Assembly (NCBI RefSeq): GCF_009914755.1
Contig: NC_060930.1
Length of the DNA stretch: 64,000 nucleotides
From: the human T2T-CHM13v2.0 reference genome, Homo sapiens
Reading direction: 5' to 3' (one strand)
Shown here: one piece after another, positions 39,247 to 54,222 of the stretch
Numbering within the stretch: the stretch's first letter is position 1
Layout of the letters: every line of letters begins with the position of its first letter
Program-made: the position numbers and the translations under genes
The notes under the pieces: generated by a model
Told to the model about the DNA's origin: nothing
The model's database searches: none
The model's input: only the letters and a program-made list of their open reading frames with translations

Positions 39247-41015
39247 CTAGAAAAAGAAGTCTCGATTAATATTTTTGTTTCTCTAAGAAAATATTCTTAA
39301 AACACAAAAATGTATAGGCTTATAGCAAGTGGTTAAAATTTAAGCATTCTTTTCTATTAAAGAATAAGAACTTCTTTATGAATGATCCCAAACATTACCC
39401 CACTGCCTATAGTCGTTTTGCTTTTTATGACAAGATATAACTGATTTACATGACTGTTCATGGGAGAAGCTCAAAGTGGGACATACACCTCTGACTATAT
39501 GTCAACGAGGAAGATTCAGAGCTATGACTTCTTGTTATCCCAAAGGGTAGATACCTACATTTAATCAGGATGGCTAAGAATGCAAATCCATAGCTGTGGG
39601 ACAATGATGGATCAAAACAATGGTAATTTCAAATCCCAGGGATTTGTTAATTTCATAGCAATAATATTTTTACATGTTTTGATTACATATTTTGATAAAG
39701 AAGTCCACAGTGACTTACAAACTAAGACTTTTTTTTCCTCCTAACACCCTCTTCAGACATGTAAACAGAATTCTTTATTTTTATATACTGGAAGCCTACA
39801 TAGCCAAAAGAAGAAAAATTTTGCCCACTATTATGAAGCTACTAAGTAGCAAGGCTAGAAGCTAAATACAGAAAATCTTGTTTTCATTCCACTTTAGATA
39901 TTGGGCCTCTAATTGCAGCTATCTGAAATTTCTTGCTCTGTGACATTGCTTTCTAAAAATCTGTATATTTGGATCCTTAGTATCATTATTTGAAAATGAT
40001 AATTTCTTAACATACAAATAGGAAAAGACAAAAAGATATGGCAATTTGTCAGGGGTTCTTGGTGTATTTTCCCTGTAGAGTTTCATAAAAAGGTCAGTTT
40101 CCATAAATAAACTTAATTTATATCTTCTTTTTCACTTAACACTCATGAGGTCACATCATTTCATTAAATGGATACTTTATATTAGTTTTCTATTCAGTAA
40201 GGAATGATTCTCTATAGCATTTTCAGTCAGTAGACCACTATGTACAGTAAGAAAGGGGAATAAGGGAATGGAAGGAATGAAAACTTAAAAAAATAGAACT
40301 GCTGATGTCAGGGACATTGCCTGCACTAAACTCATAAATGTATCAATCCTGCTGAGACATTTAGCTTAATAGCTTAATGAAACGGGTGCATTGAATCCAT
40401 AATATTTACTGTGAACCTCAGAGAGAGAGAAATTAACTCCTGGCCAAAAAAAAAAAAAAAAAAAGTCTTAACTCTTTATGGTTCTGTCTCCTTCATTATC
40501 TGGTGGAGAAATTACCTATAGTGAATAGTCTAGGTAACCCAACATTCCAAACCATCAAGAAATTATCAGAGCTCCTTGAAATGTCAGGAGATGTTTGACC
40601 AAGGTTACCGCTGGAAAATGGTAGAGTGTTGGCATCACCACAGCAATGAGTGTCTGGGCAGACCACCAACTTGGAGAGGTGCCACAGGATATCCCAGTAA
40701 ATCACAAGGGTGTCAGGACTTTCCATTTGTCAGAAGCCAACAAGTGCAGGGGTGAAGGCTACCATAGAGGGATTTTCAAATTATGTGGGTGGGAGTGAGG
40801 GGGAGTGTGAGCTAAGATGTCTGAGAGTTTGGAACTTCAGAAACTTATGGTTCTGCTAGGGATTTGCCTGAACAGCTGAGAAAAACACAATTTTAATGGA
40901 CTTCCGTGAAAAAAATTACCAAACAAAATTATTTGTTTCCTCCCCATTTTAAATATGTTCTTCTTCTATACACTGTTGTGAGTTTCTTGTATTATATAGA
41001 ATTTAAGATCTAGAT

Positions 41016-41232
41016 CAAGCTTGTCCAACTTTCAGCTTGTGGGCCACATGTGGCCCAGGACGACTTTGAATGTAGCCCAACCCAAATTCGTAAACTTTCT
41101 TTAAACATTATGAATTTTTTTAGGGAATTTTGTTTAGCTCATCAGCTATCGTTAATGTTAGTATATTTTACATGTGGCCCAAGACAGTTGTTTCAGTATG
41201 GCCCAGGGAAGACAAAAGATTGGACACCCCTG
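41016..41232. mobile_element. MER30 (hAT-Charlie)
   Basis: CAaGctTGTCCAA ... TTGGACACCCCTG terminal inverted repeats; perfect 8-bp TSD ATCTAGAT (41008-41015 and 41233-41240). Confidence 0.88.
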
Positions 41233-43048
41233 ATCTAGATCGAAACTTCATCTTGTGCTCTAGTTCCCTCATTTTTCAGATAAGGAAATTTTGACAGAAA
41301 TGACAGAGACAAAGTTTATCATTTTCTTCCTGTTTCCTTTCTAAAACATTACTAATTAAAGAGACAAATATTCTCTTTTATTGCCCACTCCTCAGAGTTT
41401 CAGTATGCAGTTACGGTATTATTTCCAGCTGTCCTGTCATTGTGAGATAGGCTCAAGTTGTTCAAAAGAGACAGCACTTTCTGACTATATAGCACTCATC
41501 AACCCTTGCAGAACCACAGACTTTTACTGTACTCATAGTTAGTATTTGTAGATGGCCACTCATGTACAAATGACTCTATCTTGTATTTGCAGCTTCATGA
41601 TTTTCTAAATGGTCTGCCTGGAACCTGTGTTGAGCAAATGTGAAAACAGAGGAAGTTTAGAAACAAAAAGCACTGCATGAAAGTCATGAGAATTCAACCA
41701 GGAGATCTCTGTCTGCTGTCCTTCTCCCCAAACTTGAAAGAGTGGGATGGATGACTTAATGACTCCTATTCCTTCCACGGACAGCACCCTAATAGGACTG
41801 CTGTAGGGAGAAGTCAGCCCTGGGGTTTTTCTCTGCCTGGTGACATCTGGCATCTGTCTAGATCTCCATTTCTGATCAATAAAATGAGAGGCTAGGGTGT
41901 CAATTATCTCTGAAGTCTTTTCCCATTTCATTTCTTTGATAATCTTGGAAATGAACTTTACATCCTTCCTCTTGGTTTTAGACTGAACTGCATTAAGTTT
42001 ACTAAAATAGATGTCATTTTAAAAGGCACTCCTCCAATTTCTCCAATTTAACTGCATTTTTATAAGGTGGCAATTTTTTAAATAGACAACAAATCATCAG
42101 AAACATGCTCAACAGAAAAAGTCCAATGAAACTATGGTCTTTGAGTTTATCAACTCAATATTCAGTGTTGTTCCGCAGTTTTCATAGTTTTTATCTATAA
42201 AGTATAAGATCACAAAAATACCTTACATAATAATTTTAAACATCCTGGGGAATAACTGCATTTTAAGAAGTAGTGAGGCCATGATTATACTGATTTGCTT
42301 TTGAGTTACCACTGAACAAAACATTTCTAATTAATCTTTAAAAACACGTACACATACATAGGCCCAGAAATATACAAACATGCACATGCACATATATAAT
42401 AGTTAAAATAACAAGTAGCAATTATAAAAAATTAATAATCAATTTTGAGTTTATCACCATAAAAGTCAATGTAGGCTTTCCCCATCAATGAATTAATCAG
42501 GTTAATTGATGACTTAAAATTCAGTGGGTGCTTCCTTATTGGTTAAAGCGTGAAAAGTTTTGGATGAGGAATCATTTAAAGTTTGCAAGCCAACAACAAA
42601 ACTACTTTAGAATAAGCTGGTTTTATGGTTTACTTCTCTCTTGTTACTGCACAGCCCTTAAAATGATGAAAGAACATTTCTAAACAAGGTTTTGGTTTTT
42701 TCTTTCTTCAGTTCTTTTTCATTTTTTTTTCATGGAAAACACCAAGTTACTATGGACTTTAAACCAGAGAACCATGCTAACATCTAAACTAAGTAAAATA
42801 TTATAAAATTAGTACACTATAACTTATACCCTTTTACATAAAGCCTTTTAAAAGCAAATTAATCTCCCTGAGAATTCTTCCCACCAGAAATTAGTCTGGA
42901 TAACTCACTGCTTCTGCATGCCAAACATAAATCAATGAAAGTTGTCAAATATATTGTTTATTTATACATGAGCATGTTCTAGATGCATGAAAAAGCCCTT
43001 TCCAATTTATTCTATATCATAAAATAAAGACTTGCATTAAAAGTCTAC

Positions 43049-43225
43049 CTTCTGTAGCTCAACCCAAAATCTGATGAGGTTAACATTCAATGGAGCCTTC
43101 CAATTAAATTGCAAACTAGTGTTCTCTGGAACCAAGGAATAAGGTTTCTCTGGTGTGTTAAACATTTCCACAGTGACAGGATGACTCTCTGTACACCACA
43201 TTTCCTCAGAGTGGCAGGCAAGAAC
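43049..43225 (-). CDS. ROS1: ROS1 exon 30 (177 nt; VLACHSEE...VELQK)
   Basis: aaaag|GTTCTT...CAGAAG|gtagac; preceded by an 88-nt intron. Confidence 0.95.
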
Positions 43226-43313
43226 CTTTTGGTAAAAAAGAACAATTGCTTAACCTTTTGAGAGCCTTGCACTTGAGAATGACAATAAAGAGTGCCTAGT
43301 AAACTCACTGTAC

Positions 43314-43546
43314 CTTTAACACATAAATATTTCCACCAGACAGTCTAGTAACAAGGAGAGTGAGCCTTCCATTTGGAAATTCACTTTGTCTTAGAGGAGT
43401 TTCAGGAATTAGGGCCAGGTGTGAGATTGCCAACTGATAACGGACTGATTCTTTAGGTCCATTTGGCTTGTGAGATTCTCTCCAAGATATAATGAGGCTG
43501 GTGTCTGACCGCACAGTTGTATTAATGAGCTGCACTGCCTCTGGTA
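43314..43546 (-). CDS. ROS1: ROS1 exon 29 (233 nt; VPEAVQLI...IYVLK)
   Basis: ttcag|TACCA...TTAAAG|gtacag; ORF 43305..43661. Confidence 0.96.
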
Positions 43547-44313
43547 CTGAAATAAATAGCAAGGAATGATAAAGGATGCTGCAATAGCACTGAAAGATGG
43601 AAAGAAGTAATGGAGTTTGGGTTGAAGAGTAATCATGTGGTATGAGCAGAATAAATAACACATGTCCAGAAAGAAAGTCAGCCTCTTCTATAATTGTAGG
43701 TTAACAGACTGCCTAAAAGGCTCCCACTTATTTTTGCCCAGTGACCAAATCATTCTCTGACTCCAGCTCAAGGATATGGCCAACGGGGAATAACCCAATT
43801 TGGGTGAGTTTTGTGAATATCATCAGAGACATCTGAAATAAACGTCATCACCTCATAATAATCACCACCTCATCAGCTCTTAGAAAACCTTTTCAGACCT
43901 ATTTTCTTTAAGGCTATACTGTTGCATAACTTTACAGCTCAGGCCTCAGTAAAATTCACATAGAAAAAAAGCTTGGTTTTTCTATAGCTCACCACATGTA
44001 CAGAAACCTATGAGTATCTGGAAAAAGTGACACTGTGTGGTGAGACCAAATAATGTGTTTCTTGGTCAAACAATATTGATTTCAATGTTTTACCTCCTAG
44101 TTGCTTTCTATTTTGATAGAATATTATTAGTTAGCTTCAGGGGTTAGAGTAAGGGTCAGGTCAAAGTTTTCTACAAACACATTTTTCTTATTAAACTTAA
44201 AAAAGCTTACTAAAATTACTTCGCATTCAGATTTTAAAAAATAAACATCGACATACACAGCACATATATCACAATATTCTGCTTGAGAAACCCACAACAA
44301 GCCCATAACTTAC

Positions 44314-44458
44314 CTCCATTTTTAGTTTTTCCCCAAATCTCTTTTCCTGGTGGTAAATGTTCCAAAGGATCTGAATAATAATTTTTTACAGCTATCTGTA
44401 TCATGTATGTTGAAAATGGTTGTAAATCTTCAATAAGAGCTATACTGTCCTGAAATTC
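44314..44458 (-). CDS. ROS1: ROS1 exon 28 (145 nt; EFQDSIAL...KTKNG)
   Basis: acag|GAATTT...GGAG|gtaagt; LQPFSTY FN3 motif. Confidence 0.95.
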
Positions 44459-44871
44459 CTGTAATTGATTTTTTAAAAATCAACATCTTATTTTTAACAT
44501 TTTATACAAATTGGTAGAAATTATTTAATCAAAGAGAGAACAAAGTTAAAGGCTCAAAAAAATTAATTTATTTTAAATTCTGGATTATTAATGGTAATAC
44601 CACTGTCCAATCTACCCAGACCTGAGTTGTTCAATGTTTCCAAGAATAAATACCAAATGATTGGTAGCCTTCAGTTGGTTTTGTGGCATAAATTGTTTCA
44701 CATGGGAAGTTAAATTCCTAGAAGAGGACACTATTTCATTAACATTGTATTAGAAATTCAGCAAGATGGTAGAAAACATGTGACACATATGTGAATACAA
44801 TAAAATATTTTTATAGTATCTAATCACTCTTAGAAATAAAGTTTAAGAGAGTAAAAAGACTTTCCTTAGAC

Positions 44872-45047
44872 CAATGGTTCTCAACTTTGTTTATACTTTG
44901 CTATCATCTGGGAAGTTTTAAGAAACTACTATGCCTGGGTTCTATTGCCAGAGATTCTGATTGAGTTATCTGGGGTGAAGCCTAGATGCAGAGTGTTTTG
45001 TTTTTTTTTTTAAAGCTTCGATGTGCCGCCAAGGTTGAGAACCACTG
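44872..45047. mobile_element. MER5A-type hAT-Charlie element
   Basis: CAaTGGTTCTCAAC ... GTTGAGAACCACTG terminal inverted repeats. Confidence 0.82.
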
Positions 45048-45972
45048 TCTTAGACCACTGTTAATCAATGAGAAGACAATAAGATAGATTAAATTTAATA
45101 ACAGACATGACCAGTGCTGCCAAGTCCAATCTTGGCCAGCCAAATGATCTATCTGAAATTACTTATTTTAGAAATGTGTAAAAAGGGTTAATTAGACAAA
45201 ATTAAGGAAGGAATGAAAAATCACATACACTTTATGGGAAAACATATAGTGTTTAACATCCAACAGTTAGTCAATTTCACCTTTTGAACAGGCTAAATAA
45301 AGCCAAGCACAAAGCAAAATATTGGATATATGTGATTCCATCACTAAGACAACTGAAATACTAATGAATACATTTCATCATTTCAATGATTGAATGAATA
45401 GTGCCAATTCATTCAAGAAATAGTTAGTGAATGCCTACACAGTGCCACTAACTGTGCTAGGTGCTAGGCATACAATGATGACTAAAAACAGTATCTGCAT
45501 AGCAGTATATTTCTCTGCACATAGGAAACAAAAGACAAAATATAATGTACAATTTTTATATTAGATAAATGCTGTGGAGAAGAGGTATAAGGCAATGTTC
45601 TTTCCGTCCAGTTCATTTCTTACTCTTCAATCTTCAGTCTGCTCCATAGGCTGCAAAAATAATTCTCTATCATTCTCTCTGAGGATAATTAGATAATCAG
45701 GGAGGGGAATAAACCCAATTCTTTCTGGACACTCAGAAAACGGTTACCATGGCAATCCATCAATGGGCAAGAGTTGATATACTTCCTTGAAGCTTAACTT
45801 ACTCCCAGTCAAGAAAACTAGAACACAATATGTTTTGATGAATCATTAGCTGTAAAAAAGTTGCATACTAGTCCATTTCAGAACATATAGGAAATACTTT
45901 ACTATGGCTCATAATTTTATATCAAAAAAGAACATCTTGTGAAAAGACAAAGACCACTAGTTCCAATCTTAC

Positions 45973-46175
45973 CAGAATTCTATATTTCAAGTCAGAGCTG
46001 TTTTTCCTGTCATTAACTTCTGCATAATAAACCAGGTATGTTGGAGTAGGGCTGGTGATGCCATACCATGTGAGGTTTGTCTTGGCCAGAGGTAATCTGA
46101 TTGTGAGGCTAGTGTTAGTGGCATTAAGTATAGTTGGTTCCACAGTGTCTGAAGCTAGAGACAGAAACGCTTTAT
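45973..46175 (-). CDS. ROS1: ROS1 exon 27 (203 nt; DKAFLSLA...KYRIL)
   Basis: tttag|ATAAAG...ATTCTG|gtaaga; ORF 45922..46143. Confidence 0.96.
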
Positions 46176-48494
46176 CTAAAATAAGAAGAAACCAAAAGAT
46201 TAAATATCTATACTATATATATGAGAGGAAAAGCAGATTTTTAACAAGAATAATATCAAAGCTTAGAAAGAAATTTGTAGAGCATACATAACTTTTGCTT
46301 GAAAACATAAATATGAAAATGATTTGAAATAATATTCTCTTTGAAGAAACAAAAATGGCTGCAGCTTGATACTGTGTGTAGTATCTGTAGTATGTACTGC
46401 TACAGTCTACCCAATGTCCTCTCCTTTTCTTCAAGTTCATATATATCTGATATTGTTCAGGGCAGTATGCTGGGAGGAAAAACTGTTTCTGAAGTTTGAT
46501 TGCAGCCCAGACAATCATGTGACACGGTCTGGTTAGTCAGATGTGCTTATCACTGTGGCGCACCTCTGTCCTTCACCCTCCCCCAACCCAGGAGGCGGAC
46601 ACTATGCAAGAGGGGCGGCAGCCATCTTGTGAGAATTGAATAAAGGACTCACTAAGGATGTTTGGGGAAAGATCAAGTCCAGGTGATTGATGGCATTGTG
46701 GAGCTCCCTGGCCACCGCTTACAACCAAACACCTTGCACGCTGCACAACTCCAGGGAGCCCCAGTCACAGAGACTACAATGGAAATGGTCTGTTCTAGAC
46801 CAGTGCAGTAGCGCAACCATACCGCAGGCTTAAGCCTCGAAAAATCGCAGATCTGTCACTTGCAGCTGAACACAACTTCTTGACCTATTCACTCTCAGTC
46901 TTTATGTAAAACATCACCTAAAAATGTAGCATAATTACATAATATGCAAATAACTCCAAATATGATTTTAATATGAAATCTAACAATCTTACACCAGTTA
47001 GCCAACTCTTTAACTCATTGTGCGTGGCACTGTGCAATCTGGCTCCTGCCCGCATATCCAGTCTCTGCTATGCAAAGCCATCCTTCACTCTAACCACAGT
47101 ACACTATCTACACACTGCAGGACTTCTACCCCTCCAACCCTTCACATAGGTAGTCTCTTCAGGTTGGAATGATCTTCCCCATCTGCCTAACCTTACTTAA
47201 GCCTCAATTCATGCATCATTTTTCCTGGGAAGCCCTTTCTGCCTTCCTATTCCAGGTGAAGGACATCTCCTCTCTGTCCTCACTCCACTTCACGTGTTCT
47301 TCTACCAGTGCACTAGCCACATGTGATTTTGGTTTTGGTTTTCTTTTGCTGCTTTCTTTTCTTCATCTAGCACTAGAATGTAACTATCTTTGGCTGAGAC
47401 TGTGCTTGAATTATCTTTGTTCCACCAGAGCCCCAGGAGGGTGCCTGACATATATTAGGTATTTAGTATGTGTTGTCGATCCTTATGAATTCATATTAGC
47501 CACATATAAAATACAACCTTTGCATTCAGCAAGTAAGAAAATTAGGGGGTAAATGTCTAAGTGACAAAAACTTGATGAAGCCAGCTCCTTCACTTGCTAA
47601 CTTTTTTGTCTTGGGAAGGTTACTCCAGCTCTTCTGTAAACAGAGACAATGGCCTGCTTTACAGATATTTATATATCACTCTATCCCTAGCACATGGTAA
47701 GAACATTAAATAAATGTTAGCTATTACTATCATCATTACTGAGACTAAAATGAAAAGTTAGAGAAAATAATGCTGGTCTGGTCTGGGAATTCCAAATATG
47801 AATTCCAAAATGCAGGAAAAAATGTTTAAAATTAGAAGTACATCGAAAATCTCCAACAACAGTGTCAAGGGCACTGTGAACCTAAGTTTGAGGACATTTG
47901 GAAAGTATGGGGGTTTAGAGATGGATAACCTTACTAAAGTTACAAGATGAACCACTCTCCAGTTCAACCAATATTTATCCAATATATTCAGTTTGTACTG
48001 ATTTCTGATCTGAACAGAGAATGGGATACACATGTGAGCAATCAGAGCAATTATCTAATTCAAAAGTCATTGGTAATTTTGTCGTTCTTTTATTTAATTG
48101 ATATAATATGACATGTTGAAGTGTCAGAAACATTATTCAGGACAGAAAGACAGGTTTTTCCCTTACATTTTTTTTTTTATCCCATACATTTTGAAGATAA
48201 TTGAATACCTTCAGAAAAAAAGGACCAAGATAACTTGTAATTGCTTAAAATTTCCAGCAGATGGAGGTAAAGTATTCTTAATAATGTACCTAGAAACTAG
48301 CAACATAAAATAGACTCCATTTTTTAAAGAAAATAATGAGTATTAATCATACTCTTAATGAGTTCCAGTTTAAAAAAAAAACTCATGCCACTCTTGGGAC
48401 TTCATTTTGGAGCGTGTTTGTGTATGTGGCTGGGAGGAGGATATGTGTGTGTGTCGTTCAACTTCAGATACTGCATGGACGTCTTTTTTTTTTG

Positions 48495-51400
48495 GTAAGA
48501 CTTTATTTTTTAGTCAGTTTTAGATTCACAGCAAAATTGAGAGGAATGTACCAAGATTTCCCAGATACTCCTTTTCTCCACACATGCATAACTTTCCCCC
48601 ATTATCAATACCCCTACCAAAGTAGTACATTTGTTACAATCAATGAGCCTACAATGACATCATTATTACCCAAAGTCTATAGTTTACATTAGAGTTCAGT
48701 TTTGTATTGTACATTTTACGGGTTTGGACAAATGTGTAATGAGCTGTATCCACCATTATAGTATCACATAGAATAGTTCCACTGCCTTCAAAGTCCTCTC
48801 TGCTCTGTCTATTCGCCACTTCCCCCCAGCCTTCTCGCAACTAGTGATCTTATTACTGTCTACATAGTTTTTTACTTTCCCAGAATGTCATATAGTTGAT
48901 ATCAGCCTTCCCCAACTTTGTTCTTCTCCTTCAATACTGTGATAGCTACCTATTCTAGGTCTTTTGCCTCTCCATATAAACTTTAGAATCAGTTTGTTAA
49001 TATCTACAAAATAACTTTAGCTGGGATTTTCATTGGGATTTTATTGAATCTATAGATAAGTTGAGAAGAAATGACATCTTGACAATATTGAGTCTTCCTA
49101 TCTATGACATGGAATATCTCTATACTTATTTAGCACTTTGATTTCTTTCATCAGGGTTTTATAGTTTTTCTCATATAGATTTTTGTGCATATGCTGTTAG
49201 ATTTATACCTAAGTATTTCATTTTCTGTGGGTGTTAATGTAAATGATACTGTGTGTTTAATTTCTAATTCCACTTGTCCATTGCTGGTATACAGGAAAGT
49301 GATTGACTTTTGTATATTAACCTCGTGTCCTGCAAACTTGCTATAATCACTTATGAGTTCCAGGAGTCTTTTTGTCAATTCTTTCAGATTTTCTACATAG
49401 ATGATCATGTCATCTGTGAACAAAGACAGCGTTATTTCTTCATTCCCAATCAGTATACCTTTTCTTGTATTGTATACCTTTTCTTGTATTGTTGCATGCT
49501 GTGACTTCCACTGCAGTGTTGAAAAGAAATTGGGAGAGGGAACATCCTTACCTTGTTTCTGATTTAGTGAGAAAGCCTCTAATTTCTCACTATTAAGTAA
49601 TGATGTTAACAACAAGTTTTTTTATACATGTTCTTTCTCAAGGAAGTTACCCCTATTCTTAGTTTGCTGAGGATTTTTCATCCTGAATCCGTGTTGAATT
49701 TTGTCAAAAGCATTTTCTGCATCTATCAATGTGACCACCTGATTTTTCCTCTTTAGTCTGTTGATATAGTGGACTACATTAATTGATTTTCAAATGTTGA
49801 CTCAAACTTGCATAGCTGGGATAAATCCCACTTGACTGTGATATAAAACTATTTTAATATATTGCTCGATTTGATTTGCTAATATTTTGTTCAGGACTTT
49901 TGCAATTCTTGCAATATTCAAGAGAGACACTGGTCTAAAATTTTCTTTTCTTGTAATATATTTGTCTAGTTTTGGTTTTAGGGTAATTCTGGCCTAGAAT
50001 AAACTCATTCATTGGCCTAATTGGAAGTAGGCCCTCTGGTTCAATTTTCTGAAAGACATTGTAGAGATGGTATAATTTTCCCATAAATGTTTGATAGAAT
50101 GCATCATTGAATCCATCTGGCCCAGGTGCTTTCTATTTCAGAAGGCTATTAATTATTGATTCCACTTATTTAATATATGTGGACATATTCAGATTGTCTA
50201 TTTCTTCTTCTGTGAGTTTTGGCATATTGTGTCTTTAAAAGAATTGGTCCATTTCATCTAGGTTATTAAATTTGTGAGCATAGAGTTGTTAATAGTATTC
50301 CTTGATTATCCTTTTAATCTCCATGGGTTCTACAGAAATGTCCCCGCCTTCATTTCTACTATTAGCAATTTGCATCCACTCTCTTTTTTTCTTAGCCTGG
50401 CTAGAGGCTTATCAATTTTATTTATCTTTTCAAAGAACCAGTTTTTGGCTTCATTGATTTTTCTCTATTGATTTCCTGTTTCAATTTCATTGATTTCTAC
50501 TATACTTCCTTTTTATTTTTTCTTTTGTTTTAGTTTTGTTTCTTATTATTATTTGGGACTTAATTTACTCTTCTTTTTCTAGTTTCCTAAAGTAAAAGCT
50601 TAAATAATTTTAGATCTATTTTTTTAATACATGCAGTCAGTGCTGTAAACTTCCCTCTAAGCACTGATTTTACTGATTCCCGTAAGTTTTGATGTTTTGT
50701 TTTCATTTTTAGTTCAAAATATTTTTAATTTGAGATTTCTTCTTTTACCCATTTGTTATTTAGAAATACGTTGTTTAATCTCCAAGTGTTCTGAGATTTT
50801 CCAGCTATCTTTCAGTTATTGAGTTCTAGTTAAATGGCATTGTAGTCTGAGGACAGATATTGTATGATTTCTATTCTTTTAAATTTGTTGAAGTGTATTT
50901 TATGTTCTGTCTTGGTGAATGTTCCATGTGAGCTTGAGAAGAATGTTTATTCTGCTGTTGTTGGAAAAATTATTAATAGTAGATAGATGTCCATTACAGC
51001 CAATTAATTGATGGTGTTATTGAGTTCATCAGTATATCCTTAGTGATTTTTTTTCTGCTGGATTTGCCCATTTCTGATAGATGTCGTGAAGTCTTCAATG
51101 GTGATAGTGGCTTCATCTGTTTCTTGCAGTTCTATCAGTTGTTGCCTCATGTATTTTGATGCTCTGTTGTTAGAGATATATGCATTAAGGATTATTACAT
51201 CTTCTTGGAGAACTGATCCCTTTATCATTATGTAATGTCCCTCTTTATCCCTTATAACTTTCCTTGCTCTGAAGTCTGCTGTCTGAAATTGTTTCTTCTT
51301 TCATTTGATTAGCGATAGCATGATATACTATCTCCATCCCTTTACTTTTGATCTATATGACGTGTCTTTATATTTAAAGTGGGTTTCTTATAGACAATGT

Positions 51401-53740
51401 ATAGTTGAGTCTGTTTGTTGATCCACTCAAACAACTTCTGTCTTTTAGTTGGTGTATTTAGACCACTGATGTTCAAAGTGACTACTAATATAGTTAAATT
51501 AAGATCTACCATATTTGTTATTATTTTTCATTTGTTGCCCTTGTTCTTTGTTCCTACTTTTGTCTTCCACTTTTTTTCTGACTTTTGTGGTTTTATTTGA
51601 GCATTCTAAATGATTCTATTTTCTCTCCTTTCTTGGGAATCAGTTATACTTTTCTAAAAATATTTTTCAGTGATTTGCCCTTGAATTTGCAATGTATATT
51701 TACAACTAATCCAAGTCCACCTTCAAACAACACTATACCACTTCACAGGTTTGCAGTAACTTATAATAACAAAATACTCCCAAGTCCTCTTTTCTATCCC
51801 TTGTGTCACTGCTGTGATTCATTTTGCTTAATATAAATATAAATATACACATATATATATGCACACATACATACATAAGTGGATATAATTGAATATGTTA
51901 TTGCTATTACTATTTTGAACAAACTATTATCCATTAGGTCAGTTAAGAAAAAGAAAAACTTTTACTTTACTTTCACTTATTTATTCTCTAATGCTCTTCC
52001 TTTCTTTATGTAGATCTGCATTTCTGATCTATATCATTTTTCTTCTTTCTAAAGAACTTCTTTTAACATTTCTTCCAAAGCAGGTCTACTGATAACAAAT
52101 TCTCTCAATTTTTGTCTGAGAATGTCTTTATTGCTCCTTCTCTTTTGAAGGATAATTTCACAGGGTATGGAATTCTAGGTTAGTGTTTTTTTCTCTCAAC
52201 ATTTTAAATATTTTACTTTTCTCTCTTCTTGCTTATATAGTTTCTGAGGAGAAGTTGGATATAATTCTTATCTTTGTTCCTCTATAGGTTAAGTATTTTT
52301 TCCTCTGGCTTCTTTCAGAATTTTTTTTCTTTATCTTTGGTTTTCTGCAGTTTGAATATGATAGGCCTAGTGTAGATTTTGGCATTTATCCTTCTTGGTA
52401 TTCTTTGAGCTTCCCATACCTGTAGTTTGGTATCTGACATTAATTTGGGGAAATTATCAGTCATTATTTTTCAAATATTTCTTCCAAATATTTCTTCTGT
52501 TCCTTTCTCTCTTCTTTTTCTAGTATTCATATTATACCTATCTTACACCTTGTGTAGTTTCCCCACAGTTCTTGAATATTCTGTTTCGGTTTTTTTCCTT
52601 TTTTTTTTTTTTTTACCTTTATAGTTTTGCAGGTTTCTACTGAGATATTTTCAAGCTCAGAGATTCCTTCCTCAGCCACATCCAGTCTACTATTAAGCCC
52701 ATCAAACATTCCTCATATGTTACAGTGTTTTTATCTCTAACATTTCTTTTTTTTCCTCAAATATCCATATCTTTGCTCACATTGACCATCTGTTCTTGTA
52801 TACTGACTACTTTATCCATTAGAGCCCCTAGCATATTAATCATAGTTGTTTTAAATTCTCAGTCTGATAATTCTAACATCCCTGCCATATTTAAATGATT
52901 GTGATAGTTCCTCTATCTCTTCAATCTGTGTTTTATGCCTTTTAGTATGCCTTGTAATTTTTTCTTGATAGCTGAATATGCTGTACTGGGTGAAAGCAAC
53001 TGCTGTAAATGGGCCTTTAGTAATGCGGTGGTAAGGTGTAGGGGAAGGGGAGGCATTTTATAGTCTTAGATTAGATCTCAGTTAACTTCAAGTGGGTTTT
53101 TGCTTTGCTTTTCGACTGTGAACTTCACAGGTTCTTTTCAGTCCCCCCACCCCACTTAGGTGGGACACGACGGCTGGAGTGGGCTGGGGTTGGGCACTTC
53201 TCTTTACCCAGGTCAATTAAGCTCTGATAAAACCCGAGCAGGTCCAGCTGTGATTAGTGTATCTTGAATGCAGCCCTTGTTAAGAAGAACAGAATGCTCT
53301 GGTGCCTTTCAAAATTTTTCCTTTTCCCTTCTCTCTGTGGGAAGCACAAGGAGATTCTCTAAGAAAAAAACCAGTTAAAGCTCCTGGAGGTAAAACTTAT
53401 AAAATGAAGCCCTCCTATGACAGGATGCCCCTCGAGTTTCTAACTCTCAGAGTTACCCACACTGAGCCTCAAGCAATTCATCAATTACAGTTTGGATTTT
53501 TCTACCACTAACACTGCTTTCTAAAAAGATTTCAGCTCATGGGTTTTTGCTCTGGTAAATTGTAATTCTCTGTATTTACCAATCTGTCTTTCCAACTGGG
53601 GACAGCAGTTTGCTCTGTGACCTCACTTCTCTTGTGGATCCAAGAAGAGCTGTTAAGTTTTCAGTTTGCTCAGACTTTTACTTGTTTTTGGGTGGAGTGG
53701 CAATTTCTAAGCTTCTGGGCCAGAAACCAGAAGCCACATG
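48495..53740 (-). mobile_element. Old L1 (L1MC/L1MD-type), internally deleted, in intron 26
   Basis: L1MC-like 3'UTR at about 48500; RT fragment LSLFTDDMIIY in ORF 49151..49615; EN fragment in ORF 51040..51228; ORF1 fragment in ORF 52527..52709. Confidence 0.85.
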
Positions 53741-53964
53741 AACTTTTAAAATCTCTTAAATTTCTCAAAGTGAAAAATAAATTATTTTACAAAAATACAA
53801 AGTAGGCTTTATTTATAAATTTTAACATTTTTCAATTTACATATTTTATAACTGAAAACATTTAAACAAAGAGAGTTTATGTCATTCATATCTGTCCCTC
53901 TCCAGAGGAGAGTTATAGTTAATTTAGAATGATATTTGCACCTTAGTGGCAAAGACGGCTTTGA

Positions 53965-54222
<258 letters not shown>

